The translations under genes were made by a program, and so were the position numbers. A stretch of DNA of 34,444 nucleotides from Armatimonadia bacterium (lineage in GTDB: Bacteria; Armatimonadota; Zipacnadia; Zipacnadales; UBA11051). A model generated the notes under the pieces. That model had not been told where the DNA came from. It worked only from the letters and a program-made list of their open reading frames with translations, and did not search any database. Shown here piece by piece: positions 16,243 through 25,239 of the stretch (within the stretch, counting starts at the first letter, position 1; every line of letters starts with the position of its first letter). The stretch covers positions 1 through 34,444 of the forward strand of contig JBDKRC010000350.1 of the NCBI GenBank assembly GCA_039683575.1. The letters are read 5' to 3'.

Positions 16243-17619
16243 ATGGAGTTACGACAGACCGACAAAGTGCATTTCATCGGCGTGGGCGGAGTAAGCATGA
16301 GCGCCCTGGCCCATGCCCTGGCCGATAGGGGATATAGCGTCAGCGGTTCGGATCGTGGTGACAGCGCCCGATTGCAGGAATTGCGGAATGCCGGCCTGAC
16401 CATCTGGGTGGGGCACGCCGCCGAGCATGTGGACGGCGCGGATGTGGTCATCTACAACACCGCCATCCGCGAGAACAACCCGGAACGCGCGGCGGCCGTG
16501 GCGGCCGGCAAGCCGCTCTACCATCGCTCGGAGATGCTGGCGTGGATGCTGCAGGGCAAGATCGGCCTTGCAGTAACCGGTACCCATGGCAAGACGACTA
16601 CCAGCGCCATGCTCGGGCACATCCTTGAGCAGGCTGGCCTCGACCCCACCGCCTTCATCGGCGGGGATGTCAATAACTGGGGCAGCAATTACCGGCTCGG
16701 TCGCGGCGAGCACATCGTGTTCGAGGCTTGCGAGAGCGACGGGAGTTTCGTGGCCTACCGCGGCTGCAACGAGATTATCAGCAGCATCGAGCAGGACCAC
16801 CTGGATCAGCACAACAGCATAGAGAAGCTCGAAGCGGCCTTCGCGAAGTTTCTGAGCCTCGCTGACCCCAACGGGTTCGTGGTGTGGGGTGCCAACTGCC
16901 CGCGCCTTACGCGCATGATCGGCGGCTCCCCCGCCCGCACCATCAGCTTCGGCGTTGGTGTCCCGGCCGACTATGCGGCAGGCGAGTTGCACCTCAACGG
17001 CGCCAGCGCGAAGTTCGAAGTACTCCGCAACGGTGCGCCTGCGGGCTCGATCAGCCTGTCGGTGCCGGGGCGACACAACGTGCTCAACGCCCTAGCGGCG
17101 CTGGCGGCAGCGGAGGCCGTGGGTGTGGCCTCAGAGGTCTGCCGGGAAGCCCTCGGAACCTTCCGCGGCACTGGACGGCGGTTTGAACTGCTTGGGCAGT
17201 GCGATGGCATCGCTGTCTACGACGACTACGCCCACCATCCGACAGAGATCCGGGCGACGCTGGCAGCCGCGCGAACCTTCGAGCCCAGGCGCGTCATCGC
17301 AATCTTTCAGCCCCACCTGTATAGCCGCACCCGAGACCTGGAGGAAGAGTTCGCACGGGCTTTTGGTGATGCCGACCTCGTGATCATCAACGACATCTAC
17401 GCCGCGCGCGAAGATCCCATGCCCGGAGTGACGGCGGAGCGTCTGGCGCAGAAGGTGCGGGAGCAGGTTGGGGATACCCCGGTGTGGTATGTTGCAAGCC
17501 AGGATGAGATCGTAGAGCGGATCAAGGCGCTGGCGCAAGCCGGTGACCTGATCCTGACCATTGGCGCCGGAGACATCCGCCAGGCGGGCGAAGAGTTGGC
17601 GCGCAGGATCTGCGGCTAA
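16243..17619 (+). CDS. murC: UDP-MurNAc:L-Ala ligase
   Basis: HFIGVGGVSMSALA, VSGSD, GTHGKTTT, EACESD, DDYAHHPTEI, FQPH. Confidence 0.97.
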   Translation: MELRQTDKVHFIGVGGVSMSALAHALADRGYSVSGSDRGDSARLQELRNAGLTIWVGHAAEHVDGADVVIYNTAIRENNPERAAAVAAGKPLYHRSEMLAWMLQGKIGLAVTGTHGKTTTSAMLGHILEQAGLDPTAFIGGDVNNWGSNYRLGRGEHIVFEACESDGSFVAYRGCNEIISSIEQDHLDQHNSIEKLEAAFAKFLSLADPNGFVVWGANCPRLTRMIGGSPARTISFGVGVPADYAAGELHLNGASAKFEVLRNGAPAGSISLSVPGRHNVLNALAALAAAEAVGVASEVCREALGTFRGTGRRFELLGQCDGIAVYDDYAHHPTEIRATLAAARTFEPRRVIAIFQPHLYSRTRDLEEEFARAFGDADLVIINDIYAAREDPMPGVTAERLAQKVREQVGDTPVWYVASQDEIVERIKALAQAGDLILTIGAGDIRQAGEELARRICG

Positions 17620-17640
17620 TCGGATACCGCTAGGATAGCC

Positions 17641-18348
17641 ATGAAGCAACATCATCGTCTCGGCATTCTGGTGTTGATCATCAGCCCGCTGCTGGGCTTG
17701 CTGGCGGGTGTCGGCAGTTCCCGGCTGATGGCGGTGGATAAGATCATTGTCATCTCGCCCAGGGCCAGTCTGTCCAGGGAAGTAGCACGGCAACTGGAGG
17801 TGCCCATCGGCGCCAGTATGCTGTTCTATCCCCTGAGCCGGATCACCGAGCAGGCGCAGCACTGCTATCGCGTCAAAGACGTTTCCGTGAACCGGGTTTC
17901 GCCTCACGAGATTGCGGTAACGGTGACGGCGCAGGAGCCCTACGCGGCGGTTCTGGTCGATGGTGAGTACACCGTAATCAGCCGGCAGGGGCTGTGCCTG
18001 TACCGCGAACGGTCCGCACCCCCGAAGCTGCCGGTGCTGATTGGCATGGCCGCGGGACGGCCGGCGCTGGGCACCACGTTCCCCGCCGACCGGATGCAGT
18101 GGGTACACGATGTTTTGGCCGGAGCCACGAAGGTAGCACTGCGCGAGGGGCTGGAGGTTGATCTGACGAAGCTGCACCGGATCACCGTGCGCGCCCAGGG
18201 GCTGCAGGGCACACTGGGGAATGTCAACAGCCTGACGCGCAAAATGACAGTACTCGGGCGGCTGATGGAGCAGTTGCGGGAGCAGGGCGTGCGCACCGCC
18301 GCAATTGATGTCAGCATTCCGGAAAAGCCGCGCTGGAGCGTTTCCTGA
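17641..18348 (+). CDS. ftsQ: Cell division protein FtsQ/DivIB-like
   Basis: Single N-terminal TM, a POTRA-like segment (RVKDVSVNRVSPHEIAVTV) and C-terminal IDVS; sits directly before ftsA. Divergent. Confidence 0.7.
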   Translation: MKQHHRLGILVLIISPLLGLLAGVGSSRLMAVDKIIVISPRASLSREVARQLEVPIGASMLFYPLSRITEQAQHCYRVKDVSVNRVSPHEIAVTVTAQEPYAAVLVDGEYTVISRQGLCLYRERSAPPKLPVLIGMAAGRPALGTTFPADRMQWVHDVLAGATKVALREGLEVDLTKLHRITVRAQGLQGTLGNVNSLTRKMTVLGRLMEQLREQGVRTAAIDVSIPEKPRWSVS

Positions 18349-18378
18349 GCCGGCTGATAGCGCATTAGAGGTATACGT

Positions 18379-19632
18379 TTGTCACGCGACGACTTCGTTA
18401 CAGGCATTGATATAGGCACCACGAAGATCTGCACGGTGGTCGGGCGGCCGCTCGAGGGCGGCAGCCTGGACATCATCGGCGTGGGTCTGCACCCCTCCGC
18501 TGGCCTCAAACGCGGCATCGTGGTAGACCGCCAATTGACCATTGAGTCGGTGCGCCAGTCTGTTGAGCAGGCGCAGCGCATGGCCAATGTGGAGATCAAG
18601 GCCGCCTACGTCGGCATCTCCGGCGATCACATCAACTCCACCAACGTCACCGGCCGCGTCCACACGGGCCCCCACAACGAGGTCACCCCCGAAGACGTCG
18701 AGAAGGCCATCCAGAGCGCCCGCGACAGCGTCTCGTTGCCCTCGGACCGTGAGATCATCCACACCGTGGTGCGCGAGTTCGCCGTGGACGGCCAGCCGGG
18801 CGTGAGTCGCCCCATCGGCATGAGCGGCCGGCGCCTCGACGTCGAGGTCCATGTGGTAACCGGCATGGCCAGCATCATCGCCAACCTCGAGCGCTGCGTG
18901 CAGGATGCTGGCGTGGCCGTCCAGGCGCAGGTCCTGGAGCCTCTGGCGACCTCCCTTGCGGTCCTTACCGAGGCCGAGCGCGACCTCGGCGTGATCCTCG
19001 TGGATATCGGCGGCGGAACCACTGATATCGCCGTCTTCCTCGACAATGCCATCTACCACACCTCCGCCATACCCGTCGCCGGCAACCAGGTCACGCGCGA
19101 CCTCGCCAAGCTTCTGCGCGTCAGCATGGACGAAGCGGAAGCGGTCAAGGTCCGCTGGGGCCGTGCTCTCGCCGCCTCCGTTCCGGGCGACGAGCAGATC
19201 ACCATCACCTCCGCCGACGGCGAGCACCGCGAGAAGGTGCCGCAGCGTTTGGTCAGCGAGGTCATCCAGTCCCGCCTCGAAGAGATCTTCGAGATGGTCT
19301 GGGCGGACGTAAAGCGCGCCGGCGTCGGCGATCTCTGCAGCGGGGGCGTCGTCATCTCTGGCGGTGGCTCGCAGCTTCCTGACACCGCCAAACTCTCCTC
19401 CGCAGTCATGGGTGACCTGTCCGTGCGCGTCGGCAAGCCTCGCGGCCTGACCGGCCTCGTCAAGAGCGTCAGCAGCCCCATCCATGCCACCGGCGTCGGC
19501 TTGGCCGTGCAGGCGGCAATCGACGGCGCCCACCTCCGCGAGCAGGAGCCAGAGAACCTGGTTGCCAAGGTCAAGACGTGGGTGCAGATGATCATGGGAC
19601 GCGTCTTGCCCCACACCCAGGCCCCTTCATAG
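18379..19632 (+). CDS. ftsA: Cell division protein FtsA
   Basis: GIDIGTTKI, GLKRG, VLTEAERDLGVILVDIGGGTT, VISGGGS, HATGVGL. TTG start after GAGGT. Confidence 0.97.
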   Translation: MSRDDFVTGIDIGTTKICTVVGRPLEGGSLDIIGVGLHPSAGLKRGIVVDRQLTIESVRQSVEQAQRMANVEIKAAYVGISGDHINSTNVTGRVHTGPHNEVTPEDVEKAIQSARDSVSLPSDREIIHTVVREFAVDGQPGVSRPIGMSGRRLDVEVHVVTGMASIIANLERCVQDAGVAVQAQVLEPLATSLAVLTEAERDLGVILVDIGGGTTDIAVFLDNAIYHTSAIPVAGNQVTRDLAKLLRVSMDEAEAVKVRWGRALAASVPGDEQITITSADGEHREKVPQRLVSEVIQSRLEEIFEMVWADVKRAGVGDLCSGGVVISGGGSQLPDTAKLSSAVMGDLSVRVGKPRGLTGLVKSVSSPIHATGVGLAVQAAIDGAHLREQEPENLVAKVKTWVQMIMGRVLPHTQAPS

Positions 19633-19672
19633 CCTCCCCGGCAGGGCCCCTCGAGATTAGTTTCTATTCGGC

Positions 19673-19699
19673 GAAACTTCCCCCGCTGGTGACTGTCTA
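19673..19699 (+). promoter_or_regulatory. Putative ECF-sigma promoter
   Basis: GAAACTT (19673-19679) then GTCTA (19695-19699): the AAC-N17-GTC layout typical of ECF promoters, upstream of an anti-sigma-like gene. Confidence 0.5.
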
Positions 19700-19836
19700 C
19701 TAACAGCCAGCATCAGTGCCACCGAAACTCCCCATCACTGTCCGGCGCTGAGTGAACTGCATAGGGCGCGGAACTGTGCGAGCGGCTTTGGCAGCCCGTG
19801 GTAACCGTGCTTAACAAGTTTGCCGGATGGTTGCGC

Positions 19837-21072
19837 ATGTGCCGATGTTGCGACGAATATCTCCTCCAGGCGTACGTGGACCGCGAGCTTGACCATGAGC
19901 AGGCCGAAGCGGTAGCGGCCCATTGTCGCGTCTGCGAGCCCTGCGGCAGGCTCCTGCGCGAGCTACGCGTCACCTGCCAGGCACTGCAGGTCGAACCCCA
20001 GGCCCCGCCCGCTCAGTTGCACGAGCGCCTGCTACAGGCAGTGGCGGGCCTTCAGCCCCTCGAAGCCATCTCATGCACTCAGGCCCAGGAATGGGTCTCG
20101 CTGCAGTTGGACGGCGAACTCACCCACGAACAGATTCAGCGCCTGCAGGCTCATCTGCTCGCCTGCGGCGCCTGCTACCGCGCAGCCTCCCAGACCGAGC
20201 TCGCGACCGACGTATTGCGGCAGGTAGTTGACGAGGCAGCCCCGGCCGATCTTCTCGACCGCGTGCAGGCCGCTGTCGCCCTAGCTTCCGGCCAGCCGCA
20301 GGCCCGGCCCACGGTCTGGAAGCGCTGGGGCCTGAGCCTCAGCGGCGTGGCGGCAGCCGCAGCCCTGCTGGTGGCGCTGCTGACGCGCGTGGGGCCCGCG
20401 CCGGTCACCGCTCCGATGGTAGCACAGCAGCCGACGCCCGCTCCGGTCGTGGCCGCAGCCAAACCGTCTACGCCTACCGCCAGCCGCGTCGCCGCCTTCG
20501 TCGCGAAGCTCGCCCCGGCCACCTCGGTGCCGGCAGTGCAGTCCCAGATGCGTGTGGCAGTCTCCACCTCGGGCCGCACGACAGTTACCTCGACCACCCA
20601 TATCGTCAGGCCGCGGACCACTCCGACGGTTTCGCCTGCGCTGGGTATCCCCGCACTCTCCGCTCCCATGACGCATGAGTCCCCCCGGCCGGTAGCGGTA
20701 GCCGTCGTTCCCACCGCTCCCGAACGTACTGCGGCACCTCACAACACTATCGTCGCCGCAATCCCCGCGGCCGAACCCGCGCCACGCGTGGAAGCCCCAA
20801 CGCCGCCGCCGGCGCACGAAGTCGAAGCGCCGCGGCCAACCCGAGTGGCAACCGCTGACGTGCCCTCATCGGCACGGCACCCGGAGTCTGCCCCTGTCAG
20901 GGTCGCTACCAAGGTCAGGTCAAGTTGGGTCAGCCGGGAAGCCGAAGATGATCGTGAAGTCTACGCCGCCTCCGAAGAGCCCGGCAACCGTCTGGCGTAT
21001 GCCCGCCGCGAGCTGACGCGGGACGTAACCACTATCCGCAACTCACAGGTCCGGGAGTTCGTCATCCGCTAG
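19837..21072 (+). CDS. Membrane-anchored anti-sigma-like protein with two tandem zf-HC2 (ZAS) domains and a Pro/Ala/Thr-rich extracytoplasmic tail
   Basis: LQAYVDREL...HCRVCEPC and VSLQLDGEL...HLLACGAC (HxxxCxxC twice), TM segment LSGVAAAAALLVALL, then low-complexity sequence. ATG19837 preferred over GTG19798. Confidence 0.85.
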   Translation: MCRCCDEYLLQAYVDRELDHEQAEAVAAHCRVCEPCGRLLRELRVTCQALQVEPQAPPAQLHERLLQAVAGLQPLEAISCTQAQEWVSLQLDGELTHEQIQRLQAHLLACGACYRAASQTELATDVLRQVVDEAAPADLLDRVQAAVALASGQPQARPTVWKRWGLSLSGVAAAAALLVALLTRVGPAPVTAPMVAQQPTPAPVVAAAKPSTPTASRVAAFVAKLAPATSVPAVQSQMRVAVSTSGRTTVTSTTHIVRPRTTPTVSPALGIPALSAPMTHESPRPVAVAVVPTAPERTAAPHNTIVAAIPAAEPAPRVEAPTPPPAHEVEAPRPTRVATADVPSSARHPESAPVRVATKVRSSWVSREAEDDREVYAASEEPGNRLAYARRELTRDVTTIRNSQVREFVIR

Positions 21073-21095
21073 GCGCGCGCTCGCACTGTCCCTTC

Positions 21096-21120
21096 AGGGC
21101 CCGCTTTGTCGGGCCCTTTT
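21096..21120 (+). terminator. Probable intrinsic terminator
   Basis: AGGGCCCG-CTTTGT-CGGGCCCT followed by a short T run, just after the anti-sigma gene. Confidence 0.6.
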
Positions 21121-21205
21121 CGATTCTGCGAGATACTTGCCTCAGCGGGAGGGGAGAGTTCACCCCGCGGCGAACGAGCCCTCAAGACGCCCCGGAGGTA
21201 GCATT

Positions 21206-22834
21206 ATGTCGGTGTTGAGAGAGCAGCTTCTGACGGACATGACCGTATGCGTAGAGCAAGCCCTGGAGCGCTACGACGACAAGACCGGCCGCTTCCTGAC
21301 GCAGCCGGATGGCCCGATCGCGCCAGGAGCCTCACCTGCTGACCTATATTGGTGCCCGATTAACCAGGACATCCTGTATGCCCTGGCCACCCTCTACGTG
21401 GCCGAGGGCAGCCCGTACCGCGGTAACGACAAGCTCCTGAAGATGGCTTGCCGCGCTGGCGACGCCATCCGCAGCTTCCAGTACCCCGACGGACAGGTTG
21501 AGTTCATCAAAGCCGACGGCAGCAAGTGGGGCCCGACCTACATGGGCTGGACCAACTATGCCTGGCTGGAGACCTATGCCCTCCTCAAGGATGAGCTGGG
21601 AGAGAAACGCCGCAAGGATTGGGAGGAGGGGCTGAAGCTCGCGCACGAGGGCCAGGCCAAGGAGATAGCAAGCGGCGGCGTCCACAACATCATGGCGTGG
21701 AAAGCCATGAGCTGCTATCGCGCCGGACAGCTATTTGACCGCCCGGACTGGCAGGAACTCGCCACCAGGGCCATGCAGCAGGTGGTGGCAACTCAGCGTC
21801 CCGGGGGCTATTGGCCGGAGCACGAAGGCCCGACGACCCTGTACAACCTCGTCTACGTTCACGCCCTCGGGCTCTACTTCATCTTCTCTCTGGACGAGAG
21901 TGTGCTGCCCGCACTCGAGGCCTCTGCGCGCTTCCATGAGACCTTCACCTATCCCGACGGCTCAGTAGTCGAGACCATAGATGGCCGTGTGAAGTACCAC
22001 CCCAACGTCAGCCAGTTCGCCCTCGTCAGCTTCTCGCTATTCCCCCATGGCCGCCGCTACGTGCGTTACCTGCTGGCCGTCATGAAGCCGGAGCGCGACT
22101 GCGCCGGGGTCCAGGGCGGCCTTCTGCCCTCCGCCTACCATCATCTGGTCGAGGGCGAGGAAGAGGCTGTCCCGCTGGACGAAGCAAGCTACAGCACCAA
22201 CTACCACGACATGGCACTGGTGCGGAGGGAAGAACCGTGGTTCGTCTGCCTGAGCGCTCTGGCCACGCCCGCCGTGGGCAGCCGCTGGGGGCAGGACCGC
22301 CAGAACTGCCTGTCCATCTGGCACCGTGACTGCGGACTGATCATCGGCGGAGGCAACTCCAAGGACCAGCCGGAATGGTCGTCATTCGTGGCTGGCGGCC
22401 GCTTCATCCCCGATCAGGCCCGGGTCGTGCCGGACGGCAACGGCGTGGCGTATGCGTACGGGCAGGTCTACACGCTGCTGGAGATCGAGGTTGAGCCGAA
22501 CTGGGTGACGGTCGTGGGGCAGGCTGAACAGGGGCCCGCTGTGCACCAGTTGGTGCTGAATCTGAAGAAGGGCCAGCGCCTCCGCACTGGTGCGGGCTTT
22601 GAGACCGTAGCTGGCGAGGACCCCATCTGGTGGGACTCAGCCAAACTGGGCGGTTGGCTGCAAATCGACAGGGTGAAGATCGAGTTGCCACACGGCGCAA
22701 GACTCCGGTGGCCCGTCATGCCCTTCAACCCCTACGCCATAGACGGCGCCCCGACCAACGGCAGCGAGATGGGAGTACTGGCCATAAACCTGGATAGCAG
22801 TTCGGCGCGATGGCGCATCAGCGTGGTGGGGTAG
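21206..22834 (+). CDS. Hypothetical cytoplasmic protein, heparinase II/III-like (alpha/alpha toroid plus beta-sandwich) fold suspected
   Basis: GGAGGT RBS before ATG21206. The helical N-terminal half has HNIMAW and GYWPEHEGPTTLY, reminiscent of polysaccharide-lyase-like folds; the C-terminal half is beta-rich; no signal peptide. Function is inference. Confidence 0.6.
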   Translation: MSVLREQLLTDMTVCVEQALERYDDKTGRFLTQPDGPIAPGASPADLYWCPINQDILYALATLYVAEGSPYRGNDKLLKMACRAGDAIRSFQYPDGQVEFIKADGSKWGPTYMGWTNYAWLETYALLKDELGEKRRKDWEEGLKLAHEGQAKEIASGGVHNIMAWKAMSCYRAGQLFDRPDWQELATRAMQQVVATQRPGGYWPEHEGPTTLYNLVYVHALGLYFIFSLDESVLPALEASARFHETFTYPDGSVVETIDGRVKYHPNVSQFALVSFSLFPHGRRYVRYLLAVMKPERDCAGVQGGLLPSAYHHLVEGEEEAVPLDEASYSTNYHDMALVRREEPWFVCLSALATPAVGSRWGQDRQNCLSIWHRDCGLIIGGGNSKDQPEWSSFVAGGRFIPDQARVVPDGNGVAYAYGQVYTLLEIEVEPNWVTVVGQAEQGPAVHQLVLNLKKGQRLRTGAGFETVAGEDPIWWDSAKLGGWLQIDRVKIELPHGARLRWPVMPFNPYAIDGAPTNGSEMGVLAINLDSSSARWRISVVG

Positions 22835-22839
22835 TAAGT

Positions 22840-22870
22840 CGCGTGGCAGGCATGCTCCGCATGCCGGAAT
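22840..22870 (+). repeat. Single REP copy (same family as 2590 and 32851)
   Basis: CGCGTGGCAGGCATGCTCCGCATGCCGGAAT between convergent stop codons. Confidence 0.85.
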
Positions 22871-22875
22871 CATGT

Positions 22876-23784
22876 TCAGTGAGCCCGGCATGGCTGGGAA
22901 CGCTCTCGCAGCAGGCTCAGCCAAAGGGGCGTAAACAGGAAGAGCACGTAGATCAGACCAAAGACAACGCTGCCGTAGTGCTGGCTACACCAGTACAGCG
23001 GCATCTCGAAACGCGAGGTGAGACTGGGATCGGCCTGCTGCCGGACCCTGGCAACCTCGCGCTTTTCTTTTGCCGAAAGACTCAGCGTCGAGGCTTGCCC
23101 CAGCAACGCGAGCGCTCCCGGGCGGTCCCGGCGAGCGATGTGTACCTCGCTCAGTCCCAATATGGATGCAAGGTGGCGCGGGTCGATCTGCAACGCGCGG
23201 CGAAAGAAACTCTCCGCATCGTCAAGCCTCTGCTCCGCCTCAAACGACCTGCCGAGCAGGTATAGCGCCTGCGGGTGCTCCTGGCGCAGTAGCAGCAGCA
23301 TCAGTTCGCGGCGGGCTGCGTCTGTCTGAGTGCCCTGCAGCCGGGTCTCCAGGAGCAGGATGCGCGCTTCCACATCATCGAAGTCAGCGCGTGCCCCCTC
23401 AAGCGCGATGCCCTCGGCACCGGCTGTATTGCCCGCCTGCATGAGTTGCCGTGCCGCCGCCATCCGGCTCCTGGCTATCGCGCGCAGGAGCGGCTGGGCC
23501 TCTGCCTTCCGGTGGTCCATCTGGCCCAGGCGGCGACGGTAGCAGTCCGCCGTGAGCAGGTGACAGTTGGCTGCCAGTCCGGGAAGACCGGAGCGTTCGG
23601 CGCTGCGGGCGATGGTGGTCAGAGCAGAGGGCACGTCGCCCCGTTCCTGCACGAGCACCAGCCCGAGCCACAGAACGAGTAGAGTGAGCAGCCCAAGAAG
23701 GGCCCAAAGGGGGCGCACAACGATCTGGGGCGTGGGCAAATCAGGCGCTCGGTCATTCGGGGTACAGGTAGGTGAAGCGACCAT
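22876..23784 (-). CDS. TPR-containing membrane protein (N- and C-terminal TM helices)
   Basis: TPR pattern ALYLLGRSF...AESFFRRALQIDP; hydrophobic helices at both ends. Start uncertain. Confidence 0.75.
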   Translation of the reverse strand: MVASPTCTPNDRAPDLPTPQIVVRPLWALLGLLTLLVLWLGLVLVQERGDVPSALTTIARSAERSGLPGLAANCHLLTADCYRRRLGQMDHRKAEAQPLLRAIARSRMAAARQLMQAGNTAGAEGIALEGARADFDDVEARILLLETRLQGTQTDAARRELMLLLLRQEHPQALYLLGRSFEAEQRLDDAESFFRRALQIDPRHLASILGLSEVHIARRDRPGALALLGQASTLSLSAKEKREVARVRQQADPSLTSRFEMPLYWCSQHYGSVVFGLIYVLFLFTPLWLSLLRERSQPCRAH

Positions 23785-23804
23785 CGGCGGCGAAACCTGC
23801 CATC

Positions 23805-24347
23805 ATGAATGTTGCGAAGTACTTCTCATTTGCCACTATCGTTGCCGCTTTGCTGCTCCCAGTGCTGGGATCTGCACAGGACCTGGAGATCTTCAACGGG
23901 AGCTTTGAACAACTTGATGCCAAGACCGGCTTGCCGCTGGGCTGGACGCCCTGGAACCCTCAACGAAATCTCACTGCGTTCACCCTCGGTGCCGCCAGCT
24001 CCGGAGTGGCCTCAGCCCTGGTCACCGACGACAACGCCACCGACTCGCAGGGCCTGCGGTCCCGGCCGGTCAAGATCGAGGGCGGCAAGACCTACGAAGC
24101 CTCCGTGCGCACAAAGGTGGAGAACCTGCAGGCCGGCGGCTTTGCCTGCTATCTGGAGTACTGGAACGGGACCGAGCGGCTCCTGAACAGTGCGGCGTCC
24201 ACGTCACAGGTCGGCGACTGGACTGACCTCAAAGTCTCCGCACAGGCCCCGGCTGAAGCAACCACCGCCACAATTCTGATCTACGGCTCAAGCGCCTCGA
24301 TCGGCGTAGCATACTTCGATGACGCTACTCTGAGGCTGCTTCCCTAG
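23805..24347 (+). CDS. Secreted stand-alone carbohydrate-binding (CBM4/9-like, galactose-binding fold) protein
   Basis: Signal peptide ending GSA-Q; NGSFE...PLGW start and YFDDATL end, typical of CBM_4_9-like modules. Confidence 0.75.
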   Translation: MNVAKYFSFATIVAALLLPVLGSAQDLEIFNGSFEQLDAKTGLPLGWTPWNPQRNLTAFTLGAASSGVASALVTDDNATDSQGLRSRPVKIEGGKTYEASVRTKVENLQAGGFACYLEYWNGTERLLNSAASTSQVGDWTDLKVSAQAPAEATTATILIYGSSASIGVAYFDDATLRLLP

Positions 24348-25113
24348 CAGGTCGCTCCGACTCGACCGGTTGCTCCGACGTTAGCATATCCTGTTTCCCC
24401 AGCGCCCGCTCCATATCCTGCACGACTTGCTCAATAACCTGCAGCCGTCCAAAACACTTGTCATTGGCCGGGATCAGATGCCACGGGCATTCCTTCGTGT
24501 CCGTCTCCTCAAACATTTCCTCGGCGGCCTTCTCGTACTCCGCACGCTTGCCCCGGTTGCGCCAGTCGTCTGGCGTGATCTTCCATGACTTGAAGGGGCT
24601 GTTCGCTCTCTCCTCAAACCGCCTGAGCTGCTCCTCCTCGCTGATGTGCATCCAGAACTTGAGCACCAGCGTGTCGTCATTCACCAGTTGCCGCTCGAAA
24701 GCGTTTATCTCCTCATAGGCGCGCCGCCACTGGTCCTTTGTTGCGAAACCCTCGACTCGTTCCACCAGCACGCGCCCATACCACGATCGGTCGAAGATGA
24801 CCATCTCCCCGCGCGACGGTGTCCGCGTCCAGAAGCGCCACAGGTAGTGTCGCCGCTTCTCCTCCTCGGTCGGGGCGCAGATCCCGTACACCTTGTAGCC
24901 ACGCGGGTCGAGCCGCTCGATCAGTCGCTTGATGACCCCGCCCTTGCCCGACGCATCCCAGCCCTCGAACGCGATGAGCACACTGTAGTGCGAACAGCGA
25001 AGCGCCTGCTCAAGGCTGAGCAGGCGCAGTTGCAGGTCTTTGAGACGCTTCTCGTAAGCTGATTTGCTCTTCACACGGCGCGACAGGTCAATGCCAGCCA
25101 GACGTGAGGACAT
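24325..25113 (-). CDS. ppk2: Polyphosphate kinase 2 family, single domain
   Basis: FEGWDASGKGG (Walker A), LDPRG, YLWRFW, FDRSWYGRVLVERV, KFWMHIS. GGAGGAG RBS before ATG25113. Confidence 0.95.
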   Translation of the reverse strand: MSSRLAGIDLSRRVKSKSAYEKRLKDLQLRLLSLEQALRCSHYSVLIAFEGWDASGKGGVIKRLIERLDPRGYKVYGICAPTEEEKRRHYLWRFWTRTPSRGEMVIFDRSWYGRVLVERVEGFATKDQWRRAYEEINAFERQLVNDDTLVLKFWMHISEEEQLRRFEERANSPFKSWKITPDDWRNRGKRAEYEKAAEEMFEETDTKECPWHLIPANDKCFGRLQVIEQVVQDMERALGKQDMLTSEQPVESERPAREAASE

Positions 25114-25134
25114 GGGTCTCTCCTCCAGCTTCGG
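25102..25134 (-). repeat. Direct repeat copy A (ppk2 RBS/start)
   Basis: ACGTGAGGACATG (25102-25114) plus TCTCCTCCAGCTTCGG (25119-25134). Confidence 0.8.
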
Positions 25135-25239
25135 TGAACAGTACGCGCCGGCGTTCGGGACTATCATTCTGCCGCGCGGTGGACATGCGAATCAGCGCCG
25201 CCGCGTGCGTGGGGCGGTCCACTGTTGGCGTTGTAGAGC

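Noticed and set aside
18382-19614. 410-aa antisense ORF over ftsA (also 17131-18177, 9106-9993, 27867-29156 and similar)
   Set aside because: Shadow ORFs expected from high-GC codon bias opposite well-supported genes.
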